From: a virus
Taxonomy: Duplodnaviria; Caudoviricetes
Direction: 5' to 3' (one strand)
Virus record (IMG/VR): IMGVR_UViG_3300032282_003292
Span: 1-56,001 of that record
Length of the DNA stretch: 56,001 nt
Both the position numbers and the translations under genes were made by a program. Position 1 is the first letter of the stretch; each line of letters starts with the position of its first letter. Of this stretch, positions 44,525 to 52,559 are shown piece after piece. Below the pieces are notes generated by a model. That model saw only the letters and a list, made by a program, of their open reading frames with translations. It made no database searches and was not told the origin of the DNA.

Positions 44525-45421
44525 ATGTCAGAAAGAAAGAATGATTTAAAGCCAAAACCATATGCAAAAACCAACCCAGAAAAATGGGGGTATCTTACTG
44601 GGTATGAATTAGAAGGAGGTCTATCAGCAGATACTTATACTAGAGATCAAATAAGAGCATTAGCATCAAAATATGGTGTACCTAGATATTCGTCAGAAAA
44701 AAATATGCATACTTTGGTTGAAGTAATAAAAAAAACCAAAGGTTACATTGAAGCAAATCCAAATCCCAAACAATCATCTAGAGAAAATAATTATAAAACA
44801 ATATTTGAAATCATAAGAGATAAATCAAAAGGATCGGCAAGACCATTTAGTTGGTACAAAAATACAATCAAAACTTTATCGAATTCTTTTTCTAGAGAAC
44901 CAACTAAATTAATTCTCAGTGAAAAAAGAGATGCATTAGATGATTTAATTTATCAAGATAGAAATATAAACAGAAAATTTGTTTATACTGGTCATTTATA
45001 TTTTTTTGATTACAGAGCAGAAACAAAAGAACTACCTTACTATGACAAATTTCCTTTAGTATATGTTCTGAAAGTTGAAAATGATTGTTTTTATGGAGCA
45101 AATTTACATTATGTAGAACCAAAAAAAAGATTGAAAATTATTTTAAATTTAGAACACGACAAAATAGACATCCCTAAAAAAATCATACATAAATATTTAA
45201 AGACTAGATGCGGTGAATATTACTTAGATCTAGCAAAACAAGAATGGCAGTCTGCAATTCTTTTGCCAGTTGAAGATTTTGTTTTGATGCGTGGTAATGG
45301 AAGCATATCTTACGATAAAGAATTGGTTTGGGAAGAAATGAAACAATACTACAGCAATAGATTGTTAGGAACTAGAATCGTAAGAGGAAAAAACAAAAAA
45401 GATATCGAGAGAGTTGACTAA
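44525..45421 (+). CDS. gp2-like DNA end protector with N-terminal extension
   Basis: G.LY.F.Y.A....LPYYD.FPLV...F.GANLHY, W..AI.LPVE.F. Confidence 0.85.
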   Translation: MSERKNDLKPKPYAKTNPEKWGYLTGYELEGGLSADTYTRDQIRALASKYGVPRYSSEKNMHTLVEVIKKTKGYIEANPNPKQSSRENNYKTIFEIIRDKSKGSARPFSWYKNTIKTLSNSFSREPTKLILSEKRDALDDLIYQDRNINRKFVYTGHLYFFDYRAETKELPYYDKFPLVYVLKVENDCFYGANLHYVEPKKRLKIILNLEHDKIDIPKKIIHKYLKTRCGEYYLDLAKQEWQSAILLPVEDFVLMRGNGSISYDKELVWEEMKQYYSNRLLGTRIVRGKNKKDIERVD

Positions 45422-46521
45422 TGCCACAACTAGGAGAAAGAAAAGCAAATGGAGCAGGAACAGTAGATGGATACTGGGATGGTAGTAAGTATGTGCCTAA
45501 AGAAGTCTGGGATAAAAATCCATCTAATCCCGACAATAAATCATCTTCAAATAAAGAAGATATACATACTGATAAAATAACTATTAGAACTCCAGCAGTT
45601 AATAATTCAACTCCCGTATCAGGTTCATTAAGATATCCCCACGATTATAAAATAGCATCTTCAAGTGATTACATAGTATTTGAATTTTTTGAATACACAC
45701 CTCCATTCGGAAGAGCTGCAGGGGAAAGTTTCGGAACTCTTGGAGACAATCTTTTTGCGAAAGATGGTTATGATTTATATAACCTATCAGGTGTAGTGGG
45801 AAAGCACACTAGAGTATCAAAAGAAGTGAAGCCTATTGTGATGTATATGCCAGAAGATTTACAATCACAATATGGTTCTAGATGGGGAGGAGCAGACTTT
45901 GCTACAGGTGCAGTTGGCGCTATGAGAACTTTTGGGGGGAAAGCAGATTTAAATCCAAATGTGGCACTAACAAATGTGGCAGGAATGGTAAAAAACACTT
46001 TATACGATGCACTATTAAAACAAATAAATGAATATACAGGATCAAATATAAATTTAAATCAAATACTTGGTGCTGTTTCTGGGACAATTTTAAATCCAAA
46101 TACAGAAATGCTTTATCAAGGTCAAGATTTAAGAACTCTTTCTTTGTCTTTTAAAATGACTCCAAGATCAGATAAAGAAGCAAAAGTAATAAAACAAATA
46201 TGCAATAGATTCAAAAAAGCTTCTATGCCTTATGTGGGAGGACAAGCATTGGGAGGAACAGTTACTGCAGCAAATTTATTAAAAGTTCCTTTAGTTTGTC
46301 AAGTAACATTCATGAAGGGAAATACAGTTCATGAATATTTACCACAATATAAATTGTGTGCTATAACTGGAGTAGAAGTAAATTACACACCAGATGGATC
46401 ATATGCAACTGTTGGAGTAAATGGATCTCCAGTTTCTACACAACTAACAATAAGTTTTAAAGAGACTAAGATTTTATTTGGTAATGATATAAATATCGAC
46501 GAAACGGGAGCAAGTTATTGA
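45421..46521 (+). CDS. gp48-like baseplate tail-tube cap
   Basis: LRYP, I..YMP, NPN.E.LY.G..LR..S..FK..PR...EA, V.YTPDG, ..FKE. Confidence 0.88.
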   Translation: MPQLGERKANGAGTVDGYWDGSKYVPKEVWDKNPSNPDNKSSSNKEDIHTDKITIRTPAVNNSTPVSGSLRYPHDYKIASSSDYIVFEFFEYTPPFGRAAGESFGTLGDNLFAKDGYDLYNLSGVVGKHTRVSKEVKPIVMYMPEDLQSQYGSRWGGADFATGAVGAMRTFGGKADLNPNVALTNVAGMVKNTLYDALLKQINEYTGSNINLNQILGAVSGTILNPNTEMLYQGQDLRTLSLSFKMTPRSDKEAKVIKQICNRFKKASMPYVGGQALGGTVTAANLLKVPLVCQVTFMKGNTVHEYLPQYKLCAITGVEVNYTPDGSYATVGVNGSPVSTQLTISFKETKILFGNDINIDETGASY

Positions 46522-46522
46522 T

Positions 46523-47170
46523 ATGTATTTTAAAAACATACCAGCTATTCAATACGATACAAAACCAATAAGCTATCCATTCTCAAATTCGGATTATGTT
46601 TTAGCGAAAAATTTTTTTAGAAGATATCAAGTCAATCCAGATGTCTTTTCTTATGCAATATTCTTCAAAAAATATGCAATTGTTGATGGAGAAAGGTTAG
46701 ATCAGATAGCACAAAAAGCATATGACGATCCATTTTTAGATTGGATTATAATACTAACAAACAATATAATCAATCCATCATTTACAATGCCAATGACAAA
46801 CAGTGAACTTAGAAAATATTGTGAACAGGTTTACGAAGATCCATATTCTTCTATACATCATTACAAAACATATGAAGTAAAAAATTCATTGGGTCAGGTT
46901 GTATTACCAAAAGATCTAATTGTAGATTCATATTTTAAAAATAAACCATTCAAATATTGGGACAATGGATCAGTTACACAAAAAGCAGGAAGTCAAATCA
47001 CAACGCCAGTAACTATATTTGAATACGAAGAAGAAAAAAATGAAAAGAAAAGAAATATATATTTACTTAAAGGAGAATATATAGAACCTTTTATGTCTGA
47101 TTTTAGAAATACTATGTTGTATAAAAAATCAAATAGTTATATTTCAGCAACAGTCAAAAAAACAAACTAA
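46523..47170 (+). CDS. gp53-like baseplate wedge protein
   Basis: YF..IP...Y, KN.FRR, GER.D.IA...Y.D...DW.I.L.NNI, EYE...NE.KR.I..LK. Confidence 0.9.
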   Translation: MYFKNIPAIQYDTKPISYPFSNSDYVLAKNFFRRYQVNPDVFSYAIFFKKYAIVDGERLDQIAQKAYDDPFLDWIIILTNNIINPSFTMPMTNSELRKYCEQVYEDPYSSIHHYKTYEVKNSLGQVVLPKDLIVDSYFKNKPFKYWDNGSVTQKAGSQITTPVTIFEYEEEKNEKKRNIYLLKGEYIEPFMSDFRNTMLYKKSNSYISATVKKTN

Positions 47171-47194
47171 AAAAGGGGGCGTAAGCCCCCTTTA
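47168..47194. terminator. bidirectional rho-independent terminator GGGGGC-GTAA-GCCCCC
   Basis: GC hairpin flanked by A/T tracts between convergent gp53 and gp32. Confidence 0.85.
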
Positions 47195-47199
47195 AACTA

Positions 47200-48081
47200 T
47201 CAATCTTCTTCAGCCAAACGAGCAAAGTAACTCAGGGCATCATCGTCATCATTGGTTGATGATGTAGAAGCAGAAGTTTTCCTAGTAGCAAAGGATTCTG
47301 CAACCGAAACTGGCTCTTCTTCCTCTTCTGCTTGTGTTGCTTGACTACTAGCAGAAGCACCTAGAACTGCATTCAATCGAGTTTCCAGTTCATCATAAGT
47401 TTTAAATTCAGAAGCAGAAGTGAACGCTGTAAGTGAGTGTTCTTGTTTCCAAATCTGTTCCATTTCATCATCATCAGAACTCAATGCAGTTGGAGCAGAA
47501 AATTCAGAACTATCATAGTTCCAATATCCACCAACAGTTTTGATCTTGACTTTGAAGTTAGCTCCTTCCCAAAAATCAAAAACATTTACAGGAGTTTCAT
47601 CTTGAAATTGTGGTTTCATAGCTGCCAAAATTTTATCATGAATTTTCTTGCCGTATTTAAACAAGAATGTTTTACCTTCGTTATGAGGATTTTTGGGGTC
47701 CTTCACTACATATATATTGCTATAATAAGAAAGCTTGCGTTTGCGTTGGCGAGCAATTTCTTTATCAGGTTCAAAACCACTGTTCCAAAGTTTAGTGTTT
47801 TCTGCACAGATTGGACAACGTTCCCCATTTGTAGTTAGGCAGTTATCAATCAGCCATCCACCAGGACCTTGAAAGGCATGGGAATAAACTTTAGCCCAGG
47901 GAACAGATTCTCCTTCTGGAGCTGGTAGAAAACGAATGACAGCATATCCATTTCCAGAAGAATCAAGTTCTGGTTTCCAGAGCCTATCATCGGAATTGTT
48001 TTGTGTTGTAGATTTCTCCAATTCTTTTTGAAGAAATTCAAAATTATTTTGGTTTTTGCGCTTAAGTTCAGCAAAAGACAT
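47200..48081 (-). CDS. gp32 single-stranded DNA-binding protein
   Basis: D.R.WK...D.SGNGYAVIRFLP, HAF.GPGGW..NC, GANFK.K, acidic tail DDALSYF..LA. Confidence 0.95.
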   Translation of the reverse strand: MSFAELKRKNQNNFEFLQKELEKSTTQNNSDDRLWKPELDSSGNGYAVIRFLPAPEGESVPWAKVYSHAFQGPGGWLIDNCLTTNGERCPICAENTKLWNSGFEPDKEIARQRKRKLSYYSNIYVVKDPKNPHNEGKTFLFKYGKKIHDKILAAMKPQFQDETPVNVFDFWEGANFKVKIKTVGGYWNYDSSEFSAPTALSSDDDEMEQIWKQEHSLTAFTSASEFKTYDELETRLNAVLGASASSQATQAEEEEEPVSVAESFATRKTSASTSSTNDDDDALSYFARLAEED

Positions 48082-48133
48082 ATATTACCTCGGATTTTTT
48101 GGATTCGGCTTGTGTGACTCCCATCACTTTATT

Positions 48134-48162
48134 AGTATATCATGGGTTGGGCTGGGTGTCAA
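48134..48162 (-). promoter_or_regulatory. sigma70-type promoter TTGACA-17-TATACT for gp32
   Basis: Near-consensus hexamers. Confidence 0.75.
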
Positions 48163-48500
48163 GTGCCCTCTTGATTCAATTTTTTACGCATATCAAGTAC
48201 TTTATTTAGTAGGCTGTCAAACATAACATTTATATTATCTGATGGATTTGCGCCTAACATAACAGCAGCTTGTTTCATACTATTCAACATATCAATTGCT
48301 TCTGGATCATCACTTAAAGACAATCTAGCATTAAATATTTTTTGTTTTTCGATTAATGTTTCTAGAACATCAAAGTATTCTAATTTTTTTTCTTTAGCAA
48401 GAACGGGGAATGCTGATGCAGATTGAAAACAATAACGTTGTAATTCCATTATCTGCTGTAAATCTCCACGTACCATTTCCGATTTAAAAAATTCAGACAT
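48159..48500 (-). CDS. DUF1825-family cyanophage/cyanobacterial protein
   Basis: FF.SE.V...., L.EKQK....RL.LSDDPEA. Confidence 0.8.
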   Translation of the reverse strand: MSEFFKSEMVRGDLQQIMELQRYCFQSASAFPVLAKEKKLEYFDVLETLIEKQKIFNARLSLSDDPEAIDMLNSMKQAAVMLGANPSDNINVMFDSLLNKVLDMRKKLNQEGT

Positions 48501-48501
48501 A

Positions 48502-48840
48502 TTATACTAGCATTAGTTTTGCTCTAGATGTTTTTTTCATGTAATTTAATTTTTGTGCATCATATTTTAGTTTTTCTTTCAAAGGTTTAGAAACTAATTT
48601 AGATACAGATTCTATTTCTATTTCATTAATTTCGCAATAGTGAATTATTGCATCAATATAATTCATTGAATTATTGAGTGCTAATTTTTCAATCTCCTGC
48701 GAAAATTTCGCAGTGGTCATAAATTTATCCTCCAGATTTTCTGGCGTAATTTTCTTCATACTCCTTAAGGTATTTTTGTAATGTGATAAAATATTCTTTT
48801 CTAGGAGGAACGATGCTAACTTGAACATCGCCATTTTCAC
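48502..48840 (-). CDS. gp33-like late-transcription coactivator (true start probably 48720-48760)
   Basis: F...IE......YIDAI..YC....IE.E.V.KL.SKPLKEK...A..LN. Confidence 0.85.
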   Translation of the reverse strand: MKMAMFKLASFLLEKNILSHYKNTLRSMKKITPENLEDKFMTTAKFSQEIEKLALNNSMNYIDAIIHYCEINEIEIESVSKLVSKPLKEKLKYDAQKLNYMKKTSRAKLMLV

Positions 48841-49414
48841 AAGCGACTATTGTTACAAGTTGCTCAACTTTCAAACCATATAATTCCTGCAACATACAAG
48901 CATAGGTTATTTCTTGTACATAATAATCATATAGGTATTCTTCTTTTTTTTCTTCTGCCGAAGTTTTAAAATCAATAATTGAAAGTTTTCCGTTGTATTC
49001 AGCTATACAATCTACCCGACCAGCGATTTTCAAGTAATCAGAATATAACGCAGCCTCCTGAAGGTATATATTATTTATATTATCAAGAATCTTTAAGGAA
49101 GAATTAAACATGATCCATATTAAAGGTTGATCCCTATATAAGTTTGGATCATGTTTATTGTTTAAATAGTTTTCCACAAGTTTGTGATACTTGTTTCCTC
49201 TATTTGTGGAATAAGCAGATATTCGATTAGCTTCTTCTACTCCAACTCGTTTTCTCCATCGATTAATAATTTCAACTTTTTTCGGATTATTACTAATCAC
49301 GGTGGTTGCTGAGGCATACTTATTTCCAGAAGGAGTAAGGTAATGACGTTTGCCATTTATATTAATAGTTTTTAATTGAATTGGCTCTAAACCGACGTGA
49401 TTAAATATTTTCAT
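48725..49414 (-). CDS. PD-(D/E)XK exonuclease (Cas4/lambda-exo-like, core cyanomyovirus exonuclease)
   Basis: Y.S.TTV, RG..YH, E..LYS....AGRVDCIAE....IIDFKTS, Q..AY. Confidence 0.88.
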   Translation of the reverse strand: MKIFNHVGLEPIQLKTININGKRHYLTPSGNKYASATTVISNNPKKVEIINRWRKRVGVEEANRISAYSTNRGNKYHKLVENYLNNKHDPNLYRDQPLIWIMFNSSLKILDNINNIYLQEAALYSDYLKIAGRVDCIAEYNGKLSIIDFKTSAEEKKEEYLYDYYVQEITYACMLQELYGLKVEQLVTIVACENGDVQVSIVPPRKEYFITLQKYLKEYEENYARKSGG

Positions 49415-50163
49415 AAACCCAAATTAATTTTTGCAATGATATACGATTTAATTAATCCAGAGCGGACAATATCTTCAACACCAAATTCAACAAGAGATAC
49501 TTCTTTCATTTGCTGAAGAATTTTTTGAAAATCAATAATTCCAGAACGTTCGTTATTACGTTGAAGATCAGATTGAGTAGCATCACCACAAAAAATAATC
49601 TTAGTATCTTCGCCAACACGAGTAATAATAGAATCAAGTTCGTGAAAATTTAAATTTTGACATTCATCTACAATAACAATAGCTTTATCTAAAGTAGTAC
49701 CACGAAGAAAAGAGGTTGACCAAAAAGAAATTGTTTCTTGATGTTTTAAGTTTTCATAAAGCATTTCAAAGCTACTATCATCTGGCATCTCAAACATATA
49801 CTTTACCATATTCTTATATGGAATTTGATAAAGGGATGATTTATCTTCATGTGTTCCAGGAAGGAATCCAATCTCTCTAGTAGCAACTAGAGAACGAACA
49901 ACATATACTTTTTCATATGGTGTGTTTTCATCTAACACATCACGGAGAGCTAGATACATAGCAACAAATGTTTTACCAGTACCTGCAGCTCCATAAACAA
50001 ATAAGTTTTGGCCTTTACCATACTCCTCAAACATAACACGTTGGTTATCTGTAAGAGGTTCAATGTTTAGAAGATAATCATAATTGATTGGTTTTCTTCT
50101 TTTTAATTGTTTGGTACTCATACCATTAATATCAGGTTGATTTCTTTTTCTTGCTCTAGGCAT
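49411..50163 (-). CDS. phoH: PhoH-family ATPase
   Basis: GAAGTGKT, R.IGFLPG, SFLRG.T....IVDE.QN, GD..QSD, DIVRSG. Confidence 0.95.
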   Translation of the reverse strand: MPRARKRNQPDINGMSTKQLKRRKPINYDYLLNIEPLTDNQRVMFEEYGKGQNLFVYGAAGTGKTFVAMYLALRDVLDENTPYEKVYVVRSLVATREIGFLPGTHEDKSSLYQIPYKNMVKYMFEMPDDSSFEMLYENLKHQETISFWSTSFLRGTTLDKAIVIVDECQNLNFHELDSIITRVGEDTKIIFCGDATQSDLQRNNERSGIIDFQKILQQMKEVSLVEFGVEDIVRSGLIKSYIIAKINLGL

Positions 50164-50164
50164 A

Positions 50165-50404
50165 TTACCACTCCACTTGTGATCTAGGCATTTTTGACAC
50201 TCTATTCATAATATCATTCCATCCAGGATGTGTTTTCCCCATTTTATTTCTCCAATCTCCAACTTCCCCAACACCAGCAACACCAGCGGTCCAATCTTTA
50301 TCCCATTCGGGATTGTCTTTTTTCCACTGTTCGTATTGTAACATCGACATATAAAGTTCTTGTTTTTCTCCAGTTTCTTTATGTACAACAGGATATGTAG
50401 GCAT
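50165..50404 (-). CDS. conserved cyanophage hypothetical protein (MPTYPV...TGE)
   Basis: Recurrent ORF upstream of phoH; start at MPTYP. Confidence 0.75.
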   Translation of the reverse strand: MPTYPVVHKETGEKQELYMSMLQYEQWKKDNPEWDKDWTAGVAGVGEVGDWRNKMGKTHPGWNDIMNRVSKMPRSQVEW

Positions 50405-51132
50405 TAGTTCCACTCCAAAGCATTAGCGACTGTCGGAAATTGTGTAGAGAAAATTTTCTTAGACATCTGAGCAATTTCCATGTGCTCTTTTTGAGTGCCA
50501 TTTGCTGAACGCAATTCTATATAATGTATCCAAGAACGAACAGAACCAGTCATGTAAATTCTTGTCGGTACTGCCAAAGGAAGCACAAACCTTGAACATT
50601 CCTTAGCAATTCCAGCATCAAGCATATCATCATATAGTTCTTGTGCTTCAGCAAACAACATTCGAATTCGTTGTTGGAAAGCAATTACAAGTTCAGTATC
50701 AAGATCATCGATAGAGTTTTGGCGATTTTTTGTATCTTGGCGACGAAGTTCTGGTACAGGAATCTCTTCTGATAAAAGATTTGTATCAGCATATCGCTGA
50801 GAAAATTCTTGATAAGTAAAGCTTCTGTGACGAAGAATTTGTGCAGCAAGACCCCTGGTTGTATTAATTTCAAGAGTCATGTGTGCTTGTTCAAACACAC
50901 TCCAATGACCATGTTCAATACAATATTTAAGTAGTCCCGAAATCTTCGGGTTTTCCTGATTGTTCGGATTGCTCACCCTCGCTATGTACGCCATTGCTTC
51001 CTCCGCCTTCGGAGTCGATGTTATCAATTTCACTGATTGATGATTCATAGAGAGATGAGTCAAGTTTGTATCCAAATCCACGGGTTGATCGCTCATATTC
51101 TTGTAGGTTTTTACGAAGTTTTTTAATCTCAT
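50404..51132 (-). CDS. thyX: FAD-dependent thymidylate synthase (true start probably 51048)
   Basis: H.S.FE, RHRSFTYQEFSQRY signature, R....TQ.EH. Confidence 0.95.
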   Translation of the reverse strand: MRLKNFVKTYKNMSDQPVDLDTNLTHLSMNHQSVKLITSTPKAEEAMAYIARVSNPNNQENPKISGLLKYCIEHGHWSVFEQAHMTLEINTTRGLAAQILRHRSFTYQEFSQRYADTNLLSEEIPVPELRRQDTKNRQNSIDDLDTELVIAFQQRIRMLFAEAQELYDDMLDAGIAKECSRFVLPLAVPTRIYMTGSVRSWIHYIELRSANGTQKEHMEIAQMSKKIFSTQFPTVANALEWN

Positions 51133-51229
51133 GACGACGTTTCAAAATTTCAACGTATTGATCATGGTTGTAGTTTGGGTTATCTAGTGCTTTTGAAAGC
51201 ATTTTAGTAGCCCGTTTTAATGATGGCAT
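50927..51229 (-). CDS. hypothetical protein overlapping thyX 5' end
   Basis: First ORF behind promoter 51253-51281; basic N-half ending in RGFG. Confidence 0.55.
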   Translation of the reverse strand: MPSLKRATKMLSKALDNPNYNHDQYVEILKRRHEIKKLRKNLQEYERSTRGFGYKLDSSLYESSISEIDNIDSEGGGSNGVHSEGEQSEQSGKPEDFGTT

Positions 51230-51252
51230 ATAATCAAAATAGATCTATACAC

Positions 51253-51287
51253 ATCATAACACAAAAAAAGAGGGGTGTCAACCCCTC
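51253..51287 (-). terminator. terminator GAGGGG-TTGACA-CCCCTC-T7 whose loop is the -35 of a TTGACA-17-TATGAT promoter
   Basis: Hairpin plus U7; -10 at 51253-51258. Confidence 0.8.
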
Positions 51288-51292
51288 AGTTA

Positions 51293-51373
51293 TTAACGCA
51301 TTGCCATATGAAGTTGTGCCTCTTTGAGGCGCTTCTCCTTCAGCATTTTTTGTTTAATTAATATAAGTGCCAT
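51293..51373 (-). CDS. 26-aa basic peptide MALILIKQKMLKEKRLKEAQLHMAMR under riboswitch control (missing from ORF track)
   Basis: Strong TAAGGAG RBS, double stop TAATAA, followed by terminator. Confidence 0.75.
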   Translation of the reverse strand: MALILIKQKMLKEKRLKEAQLHMAMR

Positions 51374-51404
51374 AGGTTTTCTCCTTAGTTGTTTAGGTTA
51401 AAGA

Positions 51405-51489
51405 GCGTTCCTTCAAACAACGTTGCGTCCTAAAAGGATGAACGTTCCGTTCCTAGTCGTTTTACTTCCGTCCCATATGGGATGAACGT
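51405..51489 (-). ncRNA. tandem glutamine-I (glnA motif) riboswitch
   Basis: Two CGTTCATCC...GGACG...GGAACG units with GGAAGTA and GAAGGAACGC elements. Confidence 0.8.
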
Positions 51490-51495
51490 TGGTGT

Positions 51496-51525
51496 ATTAT
51501 AGCATACGCCAATGTATATAGTCAA
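51496..51525 (-). promoter_or_regulatory. sigma70-type promoter TTGACT-18-TATAAT (extended TG)
   Basis: -10 lies 7 nt before riboswitch start. Confidence 0.75.
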
Positions 51526-51533
51526 ATAATTTT

Positions 51534-51547
51534 GTATCGTATGTTAC
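51534..51547. promoter_or_regulatory. NtcA box GTA-N8-TAC (GTAACATACGATAC)
   Basis: Exact consensus incl. favoured GTAAC/GATAC half sites, 8 bp upstream of the -35. Confidence 0.6.
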
Positions 51548-51870
51548 CGTTCAATATAATCAATTCTGTGTGTTTTAGCTTGTAACTGTTTGATAATCAT
51601 ATCACAAGCAATTTTTGGATTTGAATCGCCACATGTAAAAACATCTACTGCTGCTTCCCCTTTCTCTGGCCAAGTATGAATGCTAATATGACTTTCAGAA
51701 AGTAAACAAATAGCAGTAACTCCTTGGGGATTAAATTGATGTGACATTGTTTGCAAAACTTGGGCTCCACACGATACGGCAGCATTTTCAAGTAAATTAC
51801 ACAGAAAAATTTCATTGTTTAATAAAAACAATGAACAATCATATAAATTTAATAAGTAATGCTTTCCCAT
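51544..51870 (-). CDS. speD: S-adenosylmethionine decarboxylase proenzyme
   Basis: G.H.L, F.PQGVT...LL.ESHISIHTWPE...A.D.FTCG. Confidence 0.93.
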   Translation of the reverse strand: MGKHYLLNLYDCSLFLLNNEIFLCNLLENAAVSCGAQVLQTMSHQFNPQGVTAICLLSESHISIHTWPEKGEAAVDVFTCGDSNPKIACDMIIKQLQAKTHRIDYIER

Positions 51871-52146
51871 TTATTTTTTCTTTTTTTCAGTTTTTTTCTC
51901 ATTGGGCCAAAGCCTTGGATTAACACGTCCTTCAGTTTGTTTAAAAGATTTTAATCCTTCTCTGTAACGATCCCAATAATAATCAAATATGTCAGCCCTT
52001 TTATTGCAAGTTACAATATCATAATTTATATTATTGTTTATTTCATATGTTACCAAAAAAGCATTATATGGAAGTGTTCGATCATCAGCTAATTTTTTTT
52101 CACACTTCTCGTGAAGTATAGTAATCTTCAAGAACGACCACCCCAT
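51871..52146 (-). CDS. conserved cyanophage hypothetical protein
   Basis: LPY.AFLV.Y...YD......DIFD.Y.D.Y....GR.NP.LW. Confidence 0.75.
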   Translation of the reverse strand: MGWSFLKITILHEKCEKKLADDRTLPYNAFLVTYEINNNINYDIVTCNKRADIFDYYWDRYREGLKSFKQTEGRVNPRLWPNEKKTEKKKK

Positions 52147-52559
52147 TTAATTTGAGGGAAAGCTTCTTCTACACATGCTCTAGTAATTTTATATCTTTTG
52201 CCCAATTCTTTATCTTTAACTAAAATTAAAACTTGAGCTTCTTCTTCATGCAATCCTTCTAACATTTGTATAAAAAGATTTTCACGTTGAGCTTGTCTCA
52301 AAGATGAACCGCCCTTAAAGAAAACATAAAGGCGACGATATTCTTTTTCCAAAACAGTATGTTCAGTTCCTTTAGGTGCATCATTTACAACAAATGGTAC
52401 TTCACCTTCAGGAAGAACTGAAACAACACTTTCGTCAAAATTTGCAATGAGTATAGCTCTTAGTGCTGGGGTATTATATTGATTAAGCAGATTTATTTTT
52501 TCTGCTTTTGTTTTAGCATTACTTACTTTTTGTAATACTTCGGAAATTAATAGTTTCAT
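52128..52559 (-). CDS. conserved T4-like hypothetical protein (follows RNase H)
   Basis: LP.G.VP, RE..FIQ.LE.LH..EA motif. Confidence 0.8.
   Translation of the reverse strand: MKLLISEVLQKVSNAKTKAEKINLLNQYNTPALRAILIANFDESVVSVLPEGEVPFVVNDAPKGTEHTVLEKEYRRLYVFFKGGSSLRQAQRENLFIQMLEGLHEEEAQVLILVKDKELGKRYKITRACVEEAFPQIKWGGRS

Noticed and set aside
48725-49414. Cas4-like nuclease as evidence of a CRISPR system
   Set aside because: Core T4-like cyanophage exonuclease next to phoH; no repeat-spacer array or other cas genes seen in the window.
413-51923. Numerous opposite-strand or alternative-frame ORFs in the track (e.g. 413..874, 4212..4658, 29368..29868, 36240..36964, 47437..47838)
   Set aside because: Shadows of well-supported genes; no RBS, motifs or plausible composition.
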